Shown piece after piece: positions 63,763-64,000 of a stretch of DNA of 64,000 nucleotides (the stretch's first letter is position 1; each line of letters begins with the position of its first letter). This DNA comes from Terriglobia bacterium (GTDB lineage: Bacteria; Acidobacteriota; Terriglobia; JAJPHL01; JAPKYU01): contig CBDCVK010000010.1 in assembly GCA_965223005.1 (NCBI GenBank), positions 896,001 through 960,000 on the forward strand, read 5' to 3'. The position numbers and the translations under genes were made by a program. A model generated the notes under the pieces. It was not told the DNA's origin. It was given only the letters and a program-made list of their open reading frames with translations, and made no database searches.

Positions 63763-64000
63763 ATGCGAGTTCTGGGGATTGACTGCGGTTCCGAGTGCAC
63801 TGGCTACGGAATCGTGGAGAGCGACGGCCAGGGCTATCGTCTGGTGGCCGTGGGCGATATCCGACCCACCCAGGGGCTGAGCCTGCCCGAACGGCTGCTT
63901 CAAATTGCCGAAGAGCTGCGACGGCTGATTCAGGAGTATGCCCCGCAGGAAGCAGCGGTCGAAACGGTTTTCGCGGCAATCAACGTGAAGAGCGCGCTGA
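63763..64000 (+). CDS. ruvC: Crossover junction endodeoxyribonuclease RuvC, partial
   Basis: MRVLGIDCGSECTGYGIVE...ERLLQI...AAVETVF..NVKSAL. Follows yebC in the canonical order. Confidence 0.93.
   Translation, partial: MRVLGIDCGSECTGYGIVESDGQGYRLVAVGDIRPTQGLSLPERLLQIAEELRRLIQEYAPQEAAVETVFAAINVKSAL

Overview
A high-GC bacterial chromosomal segment, probably Acidobacteriota (inferred from five TIGR03437/Solibacter-type domain proteins and the acidobacterial-style smc, purC-cvpA-fis and carD genes). Housekeeping blocks (nfeD/SPFH, smc, purC, rseP-dxr-cdsA-uppS, rnr, carD, gatB, argC-argB-argA, queF, lhr, yebC-ruvC) alternate with accessory and decayed DNA. The ORF track misses three UGA-recoded selenoprotein genes: an OsmC-like protein, SelD and an AhpD-like CxxU protein. 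Each UGA is followed by a perfect 7-8 bp hairpin with a GGN loop (candidate SECIS). The most unexplained structure is a 77-83 bp non-coding element in three copies (3896-3978, 5875-5951, 62789-62865). Its GGAAACTGACC end always points toward the next downstream gene start, and accessory or broken genes lie on its other side. Also present are five surface proteins sharing a TIGR03437-like domain (one with novel repeats inserted inside it), a duplicated segment carrying an IS5 fragment (probably an assembly bubble), a tRNA-like remnant, tandem ARG boxes and likely leaderless transcripts. All family assignments come from motif recognition by eye; no searches were run.
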